Shown: positions 1 through 13,736 of the stretch, in pieces | How the letters are laid out: every line of letters starts with the position of its first letter | Position numbering within the stretch: the stretch's first letter is position 1 | Assembly: GCA_963794325.1 (NCBI GenBank) | Contig: CAWCDG010000007.1 | Location: forward strand, 307,447 to 371,446 | Direction: 5' to 3' | Length of the DNA: 64,000 nucleotides | Source of the DNA: an uncultured delta proteobacterium | GTDB lineage: Bacteria > Desulfobacterota > Binatia > Binatales > Binataceae | Notes under the pieces: model-generated | What the model saw: the letters and a program-made list of their open reading frames with translations, nothing else | Databases searched by the model: none | Told to the model about the DNA's origin: nothing | Translations under genes and position numbers: made by a program

Positions 1-98
1 AAGTTACCCGGATGGCCCGGCAGCGCGCGCGCGAAACATAACAGTGAGATTGCGATGAAGAGGCCAAAAGCCGCAAGATTGCCGAAACGACCGCGCAT
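1..98 (-). CDS. N-terminus of a membrane protein running off the window edge (probably another GT-C-like membrane protein)
   Basis: ATG at 98 on the minus strand reads MRGRFGNLAAFGLFIAISLLYFARALPG..., hydrophobic and open to the edge; directly follows the 126..1742 gene. Confidence 0.6.
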   Translation of the reverse strand, partial: MRGRFGNLAAFGLFIAISLLCFARALPGHPGN

Positions 99-125
99 CA
101 AGGTAAGTATCGCGTCTTGCTCGGG

Positions 126-1742
126 CTAATGCTTCGAGCTATTTCCGACGAAGTAGACGTCACATCCAGCGATCCTTTGTTTCGAAACGTGTGCGTCGAG
201 GTCTGCGAAGATCCGATCGAATTCAGGCGACTTATCCATTTCCGACTTGCATCGAACGACAGCTTCGACTGGATGGCCGTCTTGCGGCGCCAGCATACTG
301 TGAGCGCGCTCAACATTGTTCTCGCTAGAGATAGTATCAGGCGCCATCACGGCTCGTCGCCGCGCATAGTAAGGGATGACGGGGGACCAGTCCTGTCCAT
401 AAATGACAACGACGCTTTCGGGATCGGTTTTTTTATCGATGGCCTGTGCGATCGCCAGCATCGGACGATCTTTTGGGTCGCGAATGTCGCGGACGAAGAA
501 CAAACCGAACCAGACTAGCTGCGAGGCGACAATCAGAGCTAGCAGGTTCCATCCTCCCTGCCGATGTCCAGTTGAAAAAAGACGGCTCACTACGATTGAG
601 ACAGCACAGATCAGGAAGATCGCGTTCTCAGTATCGTAATAGTTGTGCACGATATGCGAGTTCGCGAAGAGCACGAAAGGAAGAAGGAACGCACTCAGGG
701 CTCCAAGAAGGATAAATCCATTTCGTCGATCAATGATTTTGTAGGAGAGTGCCAGCCATACGGAGGCGATTATTGTTGGAACTGCCAGGATACCCAAAGT
801 GTCGGTAGACGCGCGCAGCAGGGTATGCAGCATATCGACGGAGAACACCTGACTCCACGTACCCAGGTACCATCGACGAGTAGTAGGCAAGGTGGACACC
901 AGATGCATCGCAATAGGATTCCGCTGCTTCTGGCTGTCTGTAAACCGTGTCCAGATCTCGAACAAGGTGAAAGGTATCACCATGATCGCGCCATCGCTAA
1001 GAATGGGGCGCAACAGAGGCTCTCGGCGGCGAAATCGCGTTAGCAGGTCATTGAAAAGAATTAGGCCCGCAAGACCCGCGAAGGGGACAAAGGTCGTAAT
1101 CTTTCCCAGCGCTGCTACAGCACCTGATAAAATGGCGAGAAGCAACGCCGTCCAATGATACGATCGAGTAACCAGTTCGACCTCGGCCAGAAAACAGAAG
1201 CAGACAAATACGACGAAGGTCTCGATCAGAAAGGCAGTTCCCCAAAAAAGATAGATCGGAGAAGTCAGCAGCAGAATCGCGAAAACCTGGAAGTAGCTCT
1301 TATCCAATTTCCGTGCGCGAGCCAGCATCCGAACTGGAATTATTGTGAGCACGACGAACAGATAGCTCACGAACCGGCCGATCGAATCGAGTGGCAAACC
1401 AGTCAGCTGTGTTAATCCTGCAACCAGCAGTTGATAGAATGGGAACTCATAGGGGACGGACCAAGGTGATCCGAGCACTGGAGTTTCATAGGCCAACCAC
1501 GGCGATCCGTGCATCAGCCAATACGCGCTGATCGCGGTGTGTGCCTGCCGAAAGGAATGCATTCCGAGCAGTGGAAGACGCCATCGCGCTGCCAAGACGC
1601 CGAGGCCGATTAGCAGCCCGGCCAAACCTGTCAGAGAAAGTGCGAGCTCGTGATACCGATCGGCATTCGAGCCTTCGACGAGATCTTTGATCGGTTCATT
1701 CGGAATCTCGTTCTCAATCTGGGCCGGGGCTTCCATCTTCAT
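126..1742 (-). CDS. Polytopic membrane glycosyltransferase, ArnT/PMT (GT-C) like
   Basis: 538 aa, many TM segments; N-terminal loop HSFRQAHTA...YEFPFYQ typical of GT39/GT83-like proteins. Confidence 0.7.
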   Translation of the reverse strand: MKMEAPAQIENEIPNEPIKDLVEGSNADRYHELALSLTGLAGLLIGLGVLAARWRLPLLGMHSFRQAHTAISAYWLMHGSPWLAYETPVLGSPWSVPYEFPFYQLLVAGLTQLTGLPLDSIGRFVSYLFVVLTIIPVRMLARARKLDKSYFQVFAILLLTSPIYLFWGTAFLIETFVVFVCFCFLAEVELVTRSYHWTALLLAILSGAVAALGKITTFVPFAGLAGLILFNDLLTRFRRREPLLRPILSDGAIMVIPFTLFEIWTRFTDSQKQRNPIAMHLVSTLPTTRRWYLGTWSQVFSVDMLHTLLRASTDTLGILAVPTIIASVWLALSYKIIDRRNGFILLGALSAFLLPFVLFANSHIVHNYYDTENAIFLICAVSIVVSRLFSTGHRQGGWNLLALIVASQLVWFGLFFVRDIRDPKDRPMLAIAQAIDKKTDPESVVVIYGQDWSPVIPYYARRRAVMAPDTISSENNVERAHSMLAPQDGHPVEAVVRCKSEMDKSPEFDRIFADLDAHVSKQRIAGCDVYFVGNSSKH

Positions 1743-1752
1743 TGCGCCGCTA

Positions 1753-3066
1753 TCAAGGATGATTCCTATAAGGCAGCGGAATTATTCCCGCCATGAACTG
1801 AGGGTGTGACCAATCGTTCAAGCGCTCGGGGTGCCTATCGATATCGTAAACCGGATTCCAATCGTTGGTTGCAAATGAGCACGCGCCACGGCCGTTGATG
1901 ACTATGCCGAGTGCTAGTAGAACGAGACCGATTGCAATCTCAGCTCTGGCCGGCATTAATCTGCCGACGTCCGCGCATCGAGCTGCCAATCCAAGTATCG
2001 CGAGCAATGCCATCCACGGTAGTGCGTCGGCGATGAGGCGTGGACCGTAGGAATAGCCGCCCCACCAGACGGGCCATAACGAAACCATCAAAATTTGAAG
2101 GATCACCATCGATAGAGCGAGCGCGGCGAGCCTCCTGAACTTGAGTGTCTCCCAATATCGAAAGAGCAAGTACAGTACGAACGCAAATGCAGGGACGAAT
2201 ACAAAAAGGCCTCGTGAGGGGCTGAAGAGGATAGCGGGTAAGTTCTTCAGATTTCTGAAGTCGGTGCGCGAATCCAGATAGTAATCCGGAATCAACTTCC
2301 CGAAGGTCAGCCATGAGTACGTAACGAATCCTGCAAACCAGACCAGGCCGGTCAGCGAATAAGCTATGATATCGCTGCGCCAGAACAGAACGACGTAAAT
2401 GGTGACGCACAACACGGGCATCGCGCCGGTTGGTCTGACTAAGTACATCCACGAGACCAACGTCGCGAGAGCTATCGGATGAGCACGTTTCACCCGGCCG
2501 GTCTCGCGCCCCAACATGTAATAAGCGGCCAGTCCACCAAGGAATATAAGCCACGTCTGCGACCACATGACTCGCGAAGCTGAGCTCCATACTTGGGTAC
2601 CAAACGCGGTACCGAGCGCAACTATGAGGCTTGGTCCGACTTCGAGCATTTGAGTTGCTGTATGGAATACGATGACCGTGAACCCAGCCATCAGTAACGC
2701 AGCCAGCACTCTTTGTATCATTCCCTCGCCTTTCGGGATTAAGCGTCCATCCTTACCGTAGCAATGCACACCCATCAGATTCATCAGTGCTACAAAGGGA
2801 GTCGATAGGATCGAGGTCCCATTTGGATAGCAGTAAACGATCTTCCCGCGGACTCGGTCGAGTTGGTAAGTCAGAAATGCCGATTGCAGCGGCACTGGAT
2901 GAGACACGCAGCGCTCATACGCCTGGATAGGCTCGGGAAATTGGTAGGCGTTCAAATAGACCGAGTGATTGCGAATGATATTCTCGCTAAGCAGCATCGA
3001 GTAGTTGTTATCCGCCAACACCCAAACCGGCGACAACACGAAGACTACGCACGTGACGGCGAACAA
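1753..3066 (-). CDS. Polytopic membrane protein, probable GT-C glycosyltransferase (start may extend to ATT at 3114)
   Basis: Multiple TMs; LFSPSRGLFVFVP and WWGGYSYGPR motifs characteristic of GT-C/PIG-like bacterial proteins. Confidence 0.65.
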   Translation of the reverse strand: MFAVTCVVFVLSPVWVLADNNYSMLLSENIIRNHSVYLNAYQFPEPIQAYERCVSHPVPLQSAFLTYQLDRVRGKIVYCYPNGTSILSTPFVALMNLMGVHCYGKDGRLIPKGEGMIQRVLAALLMAGFTVIVFHTATQMLEVGPSLIVALGTAFGTQVWSSASRVMWSQTWLIFLGGLAAYYMLGRETGRVKRAHPIALATLVSWMYLVRPTGAMPVLCVTIYVVLFWRSDIIAYSLTGLVWFAGFVTYSWLTFGKLIPDYYLDSRTDFRNLKNLPAILFSPSRGLFVFVPAFAFVLYLLFRYWETLKFRRLAALALSMVILQILMVSLWPVWWGGYSYGPRLIADALPWMALLAILGLAARCADVGRLMPARAEIAIGLVLLALGIVINGRGACSFATNDWNPVYDIDRHPERLNDWSHPQFMAGIIPLPYRNHP

Positions 3067-3126
3067 CCAGAGCCCGATTCGCTGCGCGCCAAGTCGATCG
3101 GCTAGTTCTCGAATGGTTCCGTCTCC

Positions 3127-4188
3127 TCAGGCAGAGATTTCTGGAACCGAGGTGAGGGCGGCGGCGGCCTCGAGGAGGCATCGCTCGGTCGTTGGCCAAT
3201 CGATGCATGGGTCGGTGATCGATACGCCGTACTTCAACTTGGCGCGATTCGAGCTGAGTGGCTGGCTGCCGGCTTCGATGTTGCTCTCGAGCATCGCGCC
3301 CATGATCGCGCCACTGCCGGCGCATACCTGATCGACCAGCGTGCGCAGCACTTCGGGCTGCCTGGTGAAATCCTTGCTGGTCTGCGCGTGCGAGCAATCC
3401 ACCATCATGCGCGGCTCCAGCGCAGCGCTCGCCAGGATTTTGCGGCATTCCTCGATACTGCCGGCGTCGTAGTTCGGCTTGCGTCCGCCGCGCAGCACGA
3501 CATGCGTATCGGGATTGCCCGAGGTCCGAATCACGGCAGAGATTCCCTCCTGCGTGATGCCGAGAAAAGAATGCGGGCGGCGCGCCGATTGAATCGCGTT
3601 GATCGCGACTTGCAGATTTCCTTCCGTCGTATTTTTGAATCCGACCGGCATCGACAGCCCGCTGGCCATCTCGCGATGGGTCTGCGATTCGGTGGTGCGC
3701 GCGCCGATCGCCGCCCACGCGACCAGGTCGGCGATGTATTGCGGCGTGATCGGATCAAGCAGTTCGGTTCCCGCCGCGAGCCCCAGCCGATTTATCTCGA
3801 GCAACAGCCGGCGCGCGATGCGCAAGCCCTCCCGCATATCGCAGCTGTCGTCCATGTGCGGATCGTTGATGAGCCCTTTCCATCCCACGGTCGTGCGCGG
3901 CTTCTCGAAGTACACGCGCATAATCATGTAGAGCCGGTCGGAGGTGGCATCCTTGAGCTTTGCGAGCCGGCGCGCGTAGTCAATCGCCGCGTCGGGGTCG
4001 TGTATGGAACACGGTCCCACGATGCAGAGCATCCGGCGGTCGCGCCCCGCCAGGATTTCACGAATGGTCTCGCGCGCCTCGACCACGGTGCGAGCAATTC
4101 CCTCGTCCACCGGCATCTCGTTCTTGAGGAGATGCGGTGCTATCAGCGGTTCGGTAGCGATAACGTGAACGTCCTGAATTCGGCGCAT
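3127..4188 (-). CDS. aroG: 3-deoxy-7-phosphoheptulonate (DAHP) synthase, class I-alpha
   Basis: GPCSIHD, RVYFEKPRTTVGWKG, IGARTTESQTHRE, DCSHA and SITDPCI motifs. Confidence 0.95.
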   Translation of the reverse strand: MRRIQDVHVIATEPLIAPHLLKNEMPVDEGIARTVVEARETIREILAGRDRRMLCIVGPCSIHDPDAAIDYARRLAKLKDATSDRLYMIMRVYFEKPRTTVGWKGLINDPHMDDSCDMREGLRIARRLLLEINRLGLAAGTELLDPITPQYIADLVAWAAIGARTTESQTHREMASGLSMPVGFKNTTEGNLQVAINAIQSARRPHSFLGITQEGISAVIRTSGNPDTHVVLRGGRKPNYDAGSIEECRKILASAALEPRMMVDCSHAQTSKDFTRQPEVLRTLVDQVCAGSGAIMGAMLESNIEAGSQPLSSNRAKLKYGVSITDPCIDWPTTERCLLEAAAALTSVPEISA

Positions 4189-4294
4189 AAGTAATCCCTA
4201 TTTCTATAAGAAAGAATGCGGCTAACAAAGACGGTGCCTGTTGGGGCATAATTACCGTCGGATCGAATTCGTGGACCCGACGCAGAATATCGTG

Positions 4295-5038
4295 ATGGAA
4301 CAGAGCGAGCCGGAAGCTGGTTCCGAAGCGAGCAAGCGCATCGATCCGCAGGGTGACGAACGGCCGCCGCGACTTTTTCGCGTCCGGCTGTGGCAGGCGG
4401 TTGCGGGGATGTGCGTCGCGCTCACGATCTGGCTGCTGATTGTGACGTCGGTTCTCACCGGCAGGGTCGCGCGGCAAGCCAATTACATGAATCGTCGGGT
4501 GGCCGCTCTGAATGCGATCGTGCGAACTCTGCGGCATCAGACGGCGGCCGAGCAGCGCAAGCTCGGCTCTGTGCGCGAGCGCGCCAGCGTCGGCGAGGTG
4601 TTCGAGAAAATTCTTTTCGCGCCCGACCTTCGCACAATCAAACTCGCTGTGCCGATCGAGAAGGACAGAGCGAGAGAAAAATCGGCCGGGCAATCAAGCG
4701 GCGATCTGCCATCGGGTAAGCTTGCGATGAGCGAATCGGCCGACTCTGCGATGCTCGAAGCAAGCGGGCTCAAGCCGACGGGGGCTTTCGAGGTTTACCG
4801 TATCTGGTGGAACCCGAAACGCGGCGCGCCGATTTGGGCCGCGGACTTTTTGGTCGGTGACGACGGGCTCGCGATGGTGCCGGTGGATTTGCCGACCGGC
4901 CGCGAAAAAGGAATGACGCTCACCGTGACGCTTGAGGATGAATCGTACAGCGAGTCTCCAAACGGTCCGATCGCGCTGAAGGGCGAGCTTTCGCAGTTGA
5001 CCGGGGCAGGGCAGGGGCCGCACAAATCGCGGCGCTAA
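4295..5038 (+). CDS. Anti-sigma factor RskA-like membrane protein
   Basis: Single TM (LWQAVAGMCVALTIWLLIV), coiled coil, C-terminal YRIWW...LTVTLEDE..SESPNGP resembling the RskA C-terminal domain. Confidence 0.6.
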   Translation: MEQSEPEAGSEASKRIDPQGDERPPRLFRVRLWQAVAGMCVALTIWLLIVTSVLTGRVARQANYMNRRVAALNAIVRTLRHQTAAEQRKLGSVRERASVGEVFEKILFAPDLRTIKLAVPIEKDRAREKSAGQSSGDLPSGKLAMSESADSAMLEASGLKPTGAFEVYRIWWNPKRGAPIWAADFLVGDDGLAMVPVDLPTGREKGMTLTVTLEDESYSESPNGPIALKGELSQLTGAGQGPHKSRR

Positions 5039-5054
5039 GCGAGATCGAAATCGA

Positions 5055-5192
5055 TCAGTCGGCGCCGATAAACTCGAGCAGAAGGGCGAAACCCATCGCG
5101 CCAGCGCCAAGAATTTCGGTGGTGAAATCGGTGTTGTACCAGAGGTAGTAGAAGCCGAAACCGAAGGCCGCCATGCTCATTAGTCGTCGCAT
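5055..5192 (-). CDS. 45-aa small membrane protein (not in the ORF track)
   Basis: AAAAGGA SD then ATG at 5192; MRRLMSMAAFGFGFYYLWYNTDFTTEILGAGAMGFALLLEFIGAD*, two hydrophobic segments. Confidence 0.6.
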   Translation of the reverse strand: MRRLMSMAAFGFGFYYLWYNTDFTTEILGAGAMGFALLLEFIGAD

Positions 5193-5456
5193 AGAGATTT
5201 CCTTTTCTGCTACGTCCCCTCCGAGATCGCTCGAGGTGTCACGAAAATGTATGAAATGACGCCTTCAAGTAGATAGGGACTCTAATACGAATGCATTACC
5301 TAGTCAAAGCGGGATCCGATGGATCCCGGCAAAAGTAGGGTTTTTAGCGATCGCCGCAGGTTATTTACTTCGGTCCTGAAAATGCGTAGATTCGTGGTCG
5401 GCGCGCTTCGCGGCGCGCCCTGTGGAAAGTTCGCTTCAGAAATCCTCACATGCCCG

Positions 5457-5486
5457 TTGACACGGACCGGATTCGAAGAGTACTGT
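5457..5486 (+). promoter_or_regulatory. sigma70-type rrn promoter
   Basis: TTGACA-N18-TACTGT upstream of 16S, followed by boxA-like GGTCTTTGAAAA at about 5511. Confidence 0.65.
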
Positions 5487-5664
5487 TTCCGTTCGCCCTG
5501 AAAAGGGTTGGTCTTTGAAAACTGAATAGTAGTGCATGCCTTAATCGGCGGCGGGGGTCCAGAAATGGACTCGATGCCCGACCGATTTCTTTGATTTAAT
5601 ATGCGGTCAGTCCTGCCGTTCCATGACGCGTTAGCAGCGTCTCGAACGGTGGATATACTGAGCT

Positions 5665-7234
<1,570 letters not shown>

Positions 7235-7453
7235 CGAGTACGCCAGCTCTCTTCGGAGAGTTGGCCATTCGAGGTCAACCACCGGGTAACACCGGTTGGT
7301 TTCGGCCGTGGCAAAAAAGTCTGTTTCCACCCCCGCTCGCACTACTATTCGGTTTTGAAGGGCCGCCCTTCTTCAGGGTTGTTCTTTGACAAGATTTTTG
7401 GATCGATACTGGATTCGAGCCTGCGCAAGGCCGGCCGATGCGCACTATCAGCT

Positions 7454-7530
7454 GGGCCCATAGCTCAGTTGGCTAGAGCGCGCCCCTGATAAGGGCGAGG
7501 TCGGAAGTTCGACTCTTCCTGGGCCCACCA
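7454..7530 (+). tRNA. tRNA-Ile (GAT)
   Basis: GGGCCCA acceptor stem, CTGATAA anticodon loop, TTCGA T-loop, CCA end; in the ITS. Confidence 0.97.
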
Positions 7531-7632
7531 CTTTTCATTTCAGTGAATTACTCTCAACGGGGTAGAACTTCCCTGGATAGAACATGCGGCAGCGGCGCGG
7601 CTCGAGAGTTAGCGGATCAGTAAGTAGGGTTT

Positions 7633-7708
7633 GGGGCGGTAGCTCAATTGGGAGAGCATCGGCTTTGCAAGCCGAGGGTTGCCGGTTCAATCCCGGTCCG
7701 CTCCACCA
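7633..7708 (+). tRNA. tRNA-Ala (TGC)
   Basis: GGGGCGG acceptor stem, TTTGCAA anticodon loop, TTCAA T-loop, CCA end. Confidence 0.97.
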
Positions 7709-7870
7709 GTATTAAACGACCGGACACTTGAGTTAAGTGTCCGAGGCAAGTTTTTCGCTCCCGCTGAATCGCAAGACTTAGTGGGATGTCGATCCGGTCT
7801 TTGACAACTGAATAGTAGGGTATCTAAAAGTGTAGTTAGTAGAGCCTTGTATGTGACTCAAGACCTTAAG

Positions 7871-10870
<3,000 letters not shown>

Positions 10871-11046
10871 CTACCTATTTCAACTCAGGTTGGAATAGTC
10901 GCCGCATACTTGTCCGGGTTTCAATCGCTAACCGGACGGGACGGCAAAGGTCGAGTCACAAATGAGGTTCGAACGACTGCACTTGCAGACCCTACTATTC
11001 AGATTTGTCGGAGCTTGGCGTCCACTTGGTAGTGGACGCGACAGGT

Positions 11047-11165
11047 TTCCGGTCGCCATGGCGAAGGTGAAACACCCGTTCCCATCCCGAACACGGCAGT
11101 TAAGCCCTTCAGCGCCGATGGTACTGTGACCGAAGGCGTCACGGGAGAGTAGGACGCGGCCGGGG
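11047..11165 (+). rRNA. rrf: 5S rRNA
   Basis: CACCCGTTCCCATCCCGAACACGG, GCCGATGGTACT and GGGAGAGTAGG motifs. Confidence 0.96.
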
Positions 11166-11172
11166 AATCTCG

Positions 11173-11211
11173 GAGAGGGCGGAGTCGAAAGACTCCGCCC
11201 TCTTCTTATTT
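11173..11211 (+). terminator. rrn intrinsic terminator
   Basis: GAGGGCGGAGTC-GAAA-GACTCCGCCCTC hairpin followed by TTCTTATTT. Confidence 0.85.
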
Positions 11212-11273
11212 CGCGCGCTTCGCGCGCGAAAAATTCGCTATTGCGCGATCCGCGCAATAGTCAGAAGAGGCGC

Positions 11274-11669
11274 TCAGCGGACGATAAGCATGATCTTGAA
11301 GACCTTGGCCGGCTTCGAGTCCTTCTCCCACGGACGCAGGTAGCGGATCTCCAGCGAACCCGTTCCGCTTGCTTCGATACCGAAGTGGAAAATCTGATGT
11401 CCCGCTGCACCAGGCATCGCGGCGTCGAGCGCAAACGCCGGCTCACCGACCTGCTTGACGAACGCGCCAGCGACAGGCTCGGCCTGCCATGTATACCCGG
11501 TCCCCGAAGTAGCAGGCAGCGATATCTCGAGCGCATCGCCGCGATCGAGCGTGAACACGCGCCCATTGTCGTCCGGAGAGATAAAAACCATGCTCGCACT
11601 CGCTGGCCTTGGTAAGGAAAGCGTGAGCGCGACCAGAAGCAACAGCAAATATGATCGGCGAATAGTCAT
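11274..11669 (-). CDS. Chagasin-like cysteine protease inhibitor (I42), secreted
   Basis: Signal peptide; LPATSGTGYTW and YLRPWE match the chagasin NPTTGY/RPW loops. Confidence 0.85.
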   Translation of the reverse strand: MTIRRSYLLLLLVALTLSLPRPASASMVFISPDDNGRVFTLDRGDALEISLPATSGTGYTWQAEPVAGAFVKQVGEPAFALDAAMPGAAGHQIFHFGIEASGTGSLEIRYLRPWEKDSKPAKVFKIMLIVR

Positions 11670-11716
11670 GAGCGCTCGGGCGTCTCGAATTCTGTCACTT
11701 GCGAAGCTTCTCGGCT

Positions 11717-12829
11717 ATGACTTTTGCGATGCCGATCAGATCGTACAGCAAAGCTGCAAAGCCTCGAGCGCGCGAGCTTGGGATTCCTTTTGACGGCGAG
11801 CCCGCGCCGCTCAACGCGATCACCGATGTTGCCGGCGTCGAGGTTGGTCACACTACAATCATTCGTGGCGACGGCAAGCTGATCGTTGGACGCGGGCCGG
11901 TTCGCACCGGCGTCACTGCGATTCTGCCGCGCGGAAAGCGCGACGCGTCCCCGGTTTTCGCGGGCTGCTTCTCGCTCAACGGCAACGGCGAGATGACCGG
12001 CACGGCGTGGATCGGGGAGTCGGGCCTGCTGACGACGCCAATCATGATCACCAACACTCATAGCGTTGGCGTCGTGCGCGACGCGGTGATCGCGTGGCAG
12101 GTGCGCCATCGCAAGATGGCGCAGCCGTGGTCGCTGCCGGTTGTCGCGGAGACCTACGATGGGTTGCTCAACGACATCGACGGCTTTCACGTCACCGCCG
12201 AGCATGCGTGGGCGGCCCTTGCGAGCGCGCGCGGCGCCGTCGTCGTCGAAGGATGTGTCGGCGGTGGCACCGGCATGATTGGCTTCGGATGGAAGGGCGG
12301 GATCGGCACCGCGTCGCGCCGGCTCGATCGCAAATCGGGAGACTACACGTTGGGAGTCCTGGTCCAGCTCAATTGCGGACGACCCAACGAGCTGACAGTG
12401 GCCGGCGTTCCGGTCGGCAAATCGCTTCGTCCCGGCCATGATCCTTTCAGCACGCAGGAACTCGGATCGATCATCATCGTTGCGGCTACCGACGCGCCGC
12501 TGATGCCGCATCAGTTGAAAAGAATCGCACGGCGCCTCGCGATGGGCCTGGCGCGCACCGGCAGCGTGTCGGGGAACGGTTCAGGTGATCTGTTCATCGC
12601 ATTTTCAACCGCCAATCCTGCCGGCTCGAGAAGGTCAGACGTCGAGACCGTGAAGATGCTCCGCAACTCGCGGATGGATCCGCTGTTCACCGCGGCCGTT
12701 CAGGCGACCGAGGAAGCGATAATCAACGCGTTGGTGGCGGCGACGACGATGGTCGGAATCAACAGCTTCTGCGTCGAAGCAATCCCGCACGATCGACTCG
12801 CCGATATGATGCGCAAGTACGGCCGATGA
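11717..12829 (+). CDS. dmpA: DmpA/P1 (S58) D-aminopeptidase-like Ntn hydrolase
   Basis: NAITDVAGVEVGH, NGNGEMTG, GGGTGM, autocleavage G-S (ELG/SIII), GSGDLFIAFST; start approximate. Confidence 0.9.
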   Translation: MTFAMPIRSYSKAAKPRARELGIPFDGEPAPLNAITDVAGVEVGHTTIIRGDGKLIVGRGPVRTGVTAILPRGKRDASPVFAGCFSLNGNGEMTGTAWIGESGLLTTPIMITNTHSVGVVRDAVIAWQVRHRKMAQPWSLPVVAETYDGLLNDIDGFHVTAEHAWAALASARGAVVVEGCVGGGTGMIGFGWKGGIGTASRRLDRKSGDYTLGVLVQLNCGRPNELTVAGVPVGKSLRPGHDPFSTQELGSIIIVAATDAPLMPHQLKRIARRLAMGLARTGSVSGNGSGDLFIAFSTANPAGSRRSDVETVKMLRNSRMDPLFTAAVQATEEAIINALVAATTMVGINSFCVEAIPHDRLADMMRKYGR

Positions 12830-12869
12830 TATTTGCCTCGAACGCGATCGCAAAATACTGTTCAGCATT

Positions 12870-13736
12870 GTGGCCTCGCCCGTTCAAATGAAGTTCTTTT
12901 CGGAAGCAGGACAGTTCCTCGAACGCGTTCAGCCGTTTCTCGTGAGGCGCGAAGCTGAGCACTGTTTGATACTCGGCCTGCTCGACGAACTTCGATCTGG
13001 AGAGGAATTTGGCGACGTTCCGCCGTTGATGGCATCGGTCGAAGAACGCGGTGAGGTTGCGGGTGTCGCCCTGATGACGCCGCCGCGTAATCTCATCCTT
13101 TCGTGGACGGCCGACGATTCGATGCTCGACGCGGTAGCTCGCGAACTTCACGCTGCCGGCACGGCGCTTCCGGGCGTCAATGGTTCTGCTGACATCGCGA
13201 ACAAGTTCGCGCTCCGGTGGTCGGAACTTTCAGGATGCAGCTATCGCGTCCAGATGGCGCAGCGAATTTACCAGTTGAGCCGAGTTACAAACCAGTCGAG
13301 AGCCGCTGGGCGTCTGCGCGAACCGACCCTACCCGATGAAGCATTGCTGCGCGAATGGAGAGCCGCTTTCTCGATCGACGCTGAGGGCATGGATCGCGAG
13401 GAAGCGGAAAAGGACGCTGCACTGCCGTTGCGGAAATCGAGGCATCTGCTCTTGTGGGAGGTCGACGGGAGTGCAGTCTCAATGGCGGGATACTCCGGAC
13501 GAACGCCGAACGGTATCCGCATAGCTTGGGTTTATACGCCTCCGGAGAATCGCGGAAAAGGATTTGCCGGCGCATGCGTCGCGGCGCTCAGCCAGAAGCT
13601 GCTCGACGACGGCCGCAAGTTCTGCTTTCTGTATACCGACCTCGCCAACCCGATCTCCAATCACGTCTATCTGAAGATCGGCTATCAGCCGGTCATCGAC
13701 GCGACCGTCTACTCGTTCTCACTGGAAGTCCGATGA
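12870..13736 (+). CDS. GNAT acetyltransferase (FR47-like C-terminal domain)
   Basis: VYTPPENRGKGFA acetyl-CoA motif A; LYTDLANPISNHVYLKIGY. Confidence 0.88.
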   Translation: MASPVQMKFFSEAGQFLERVQPFLVRREAEHCLILGLLDELRSGEEFGDVPPLMASVEERGEVAGVALMTPPRNLILSWTADDSMLDAVARELHAAGTALPGVNGSADIANKFALRWSELSGCSYRVQMAQRIYQLSRVTNQSRAAGRLREPTLPDEALLREWRAAFSIDAEGMDREEAEKDAALPLRKSRHLLLWEVDGSAVSMAGYSGRTPNGIRIAWVYTPPENRGKGFAGACVAALSQKLLDDGRKFCFLYTDLANPISNHVYLKIGYQPVIDATVYSFSLEVR

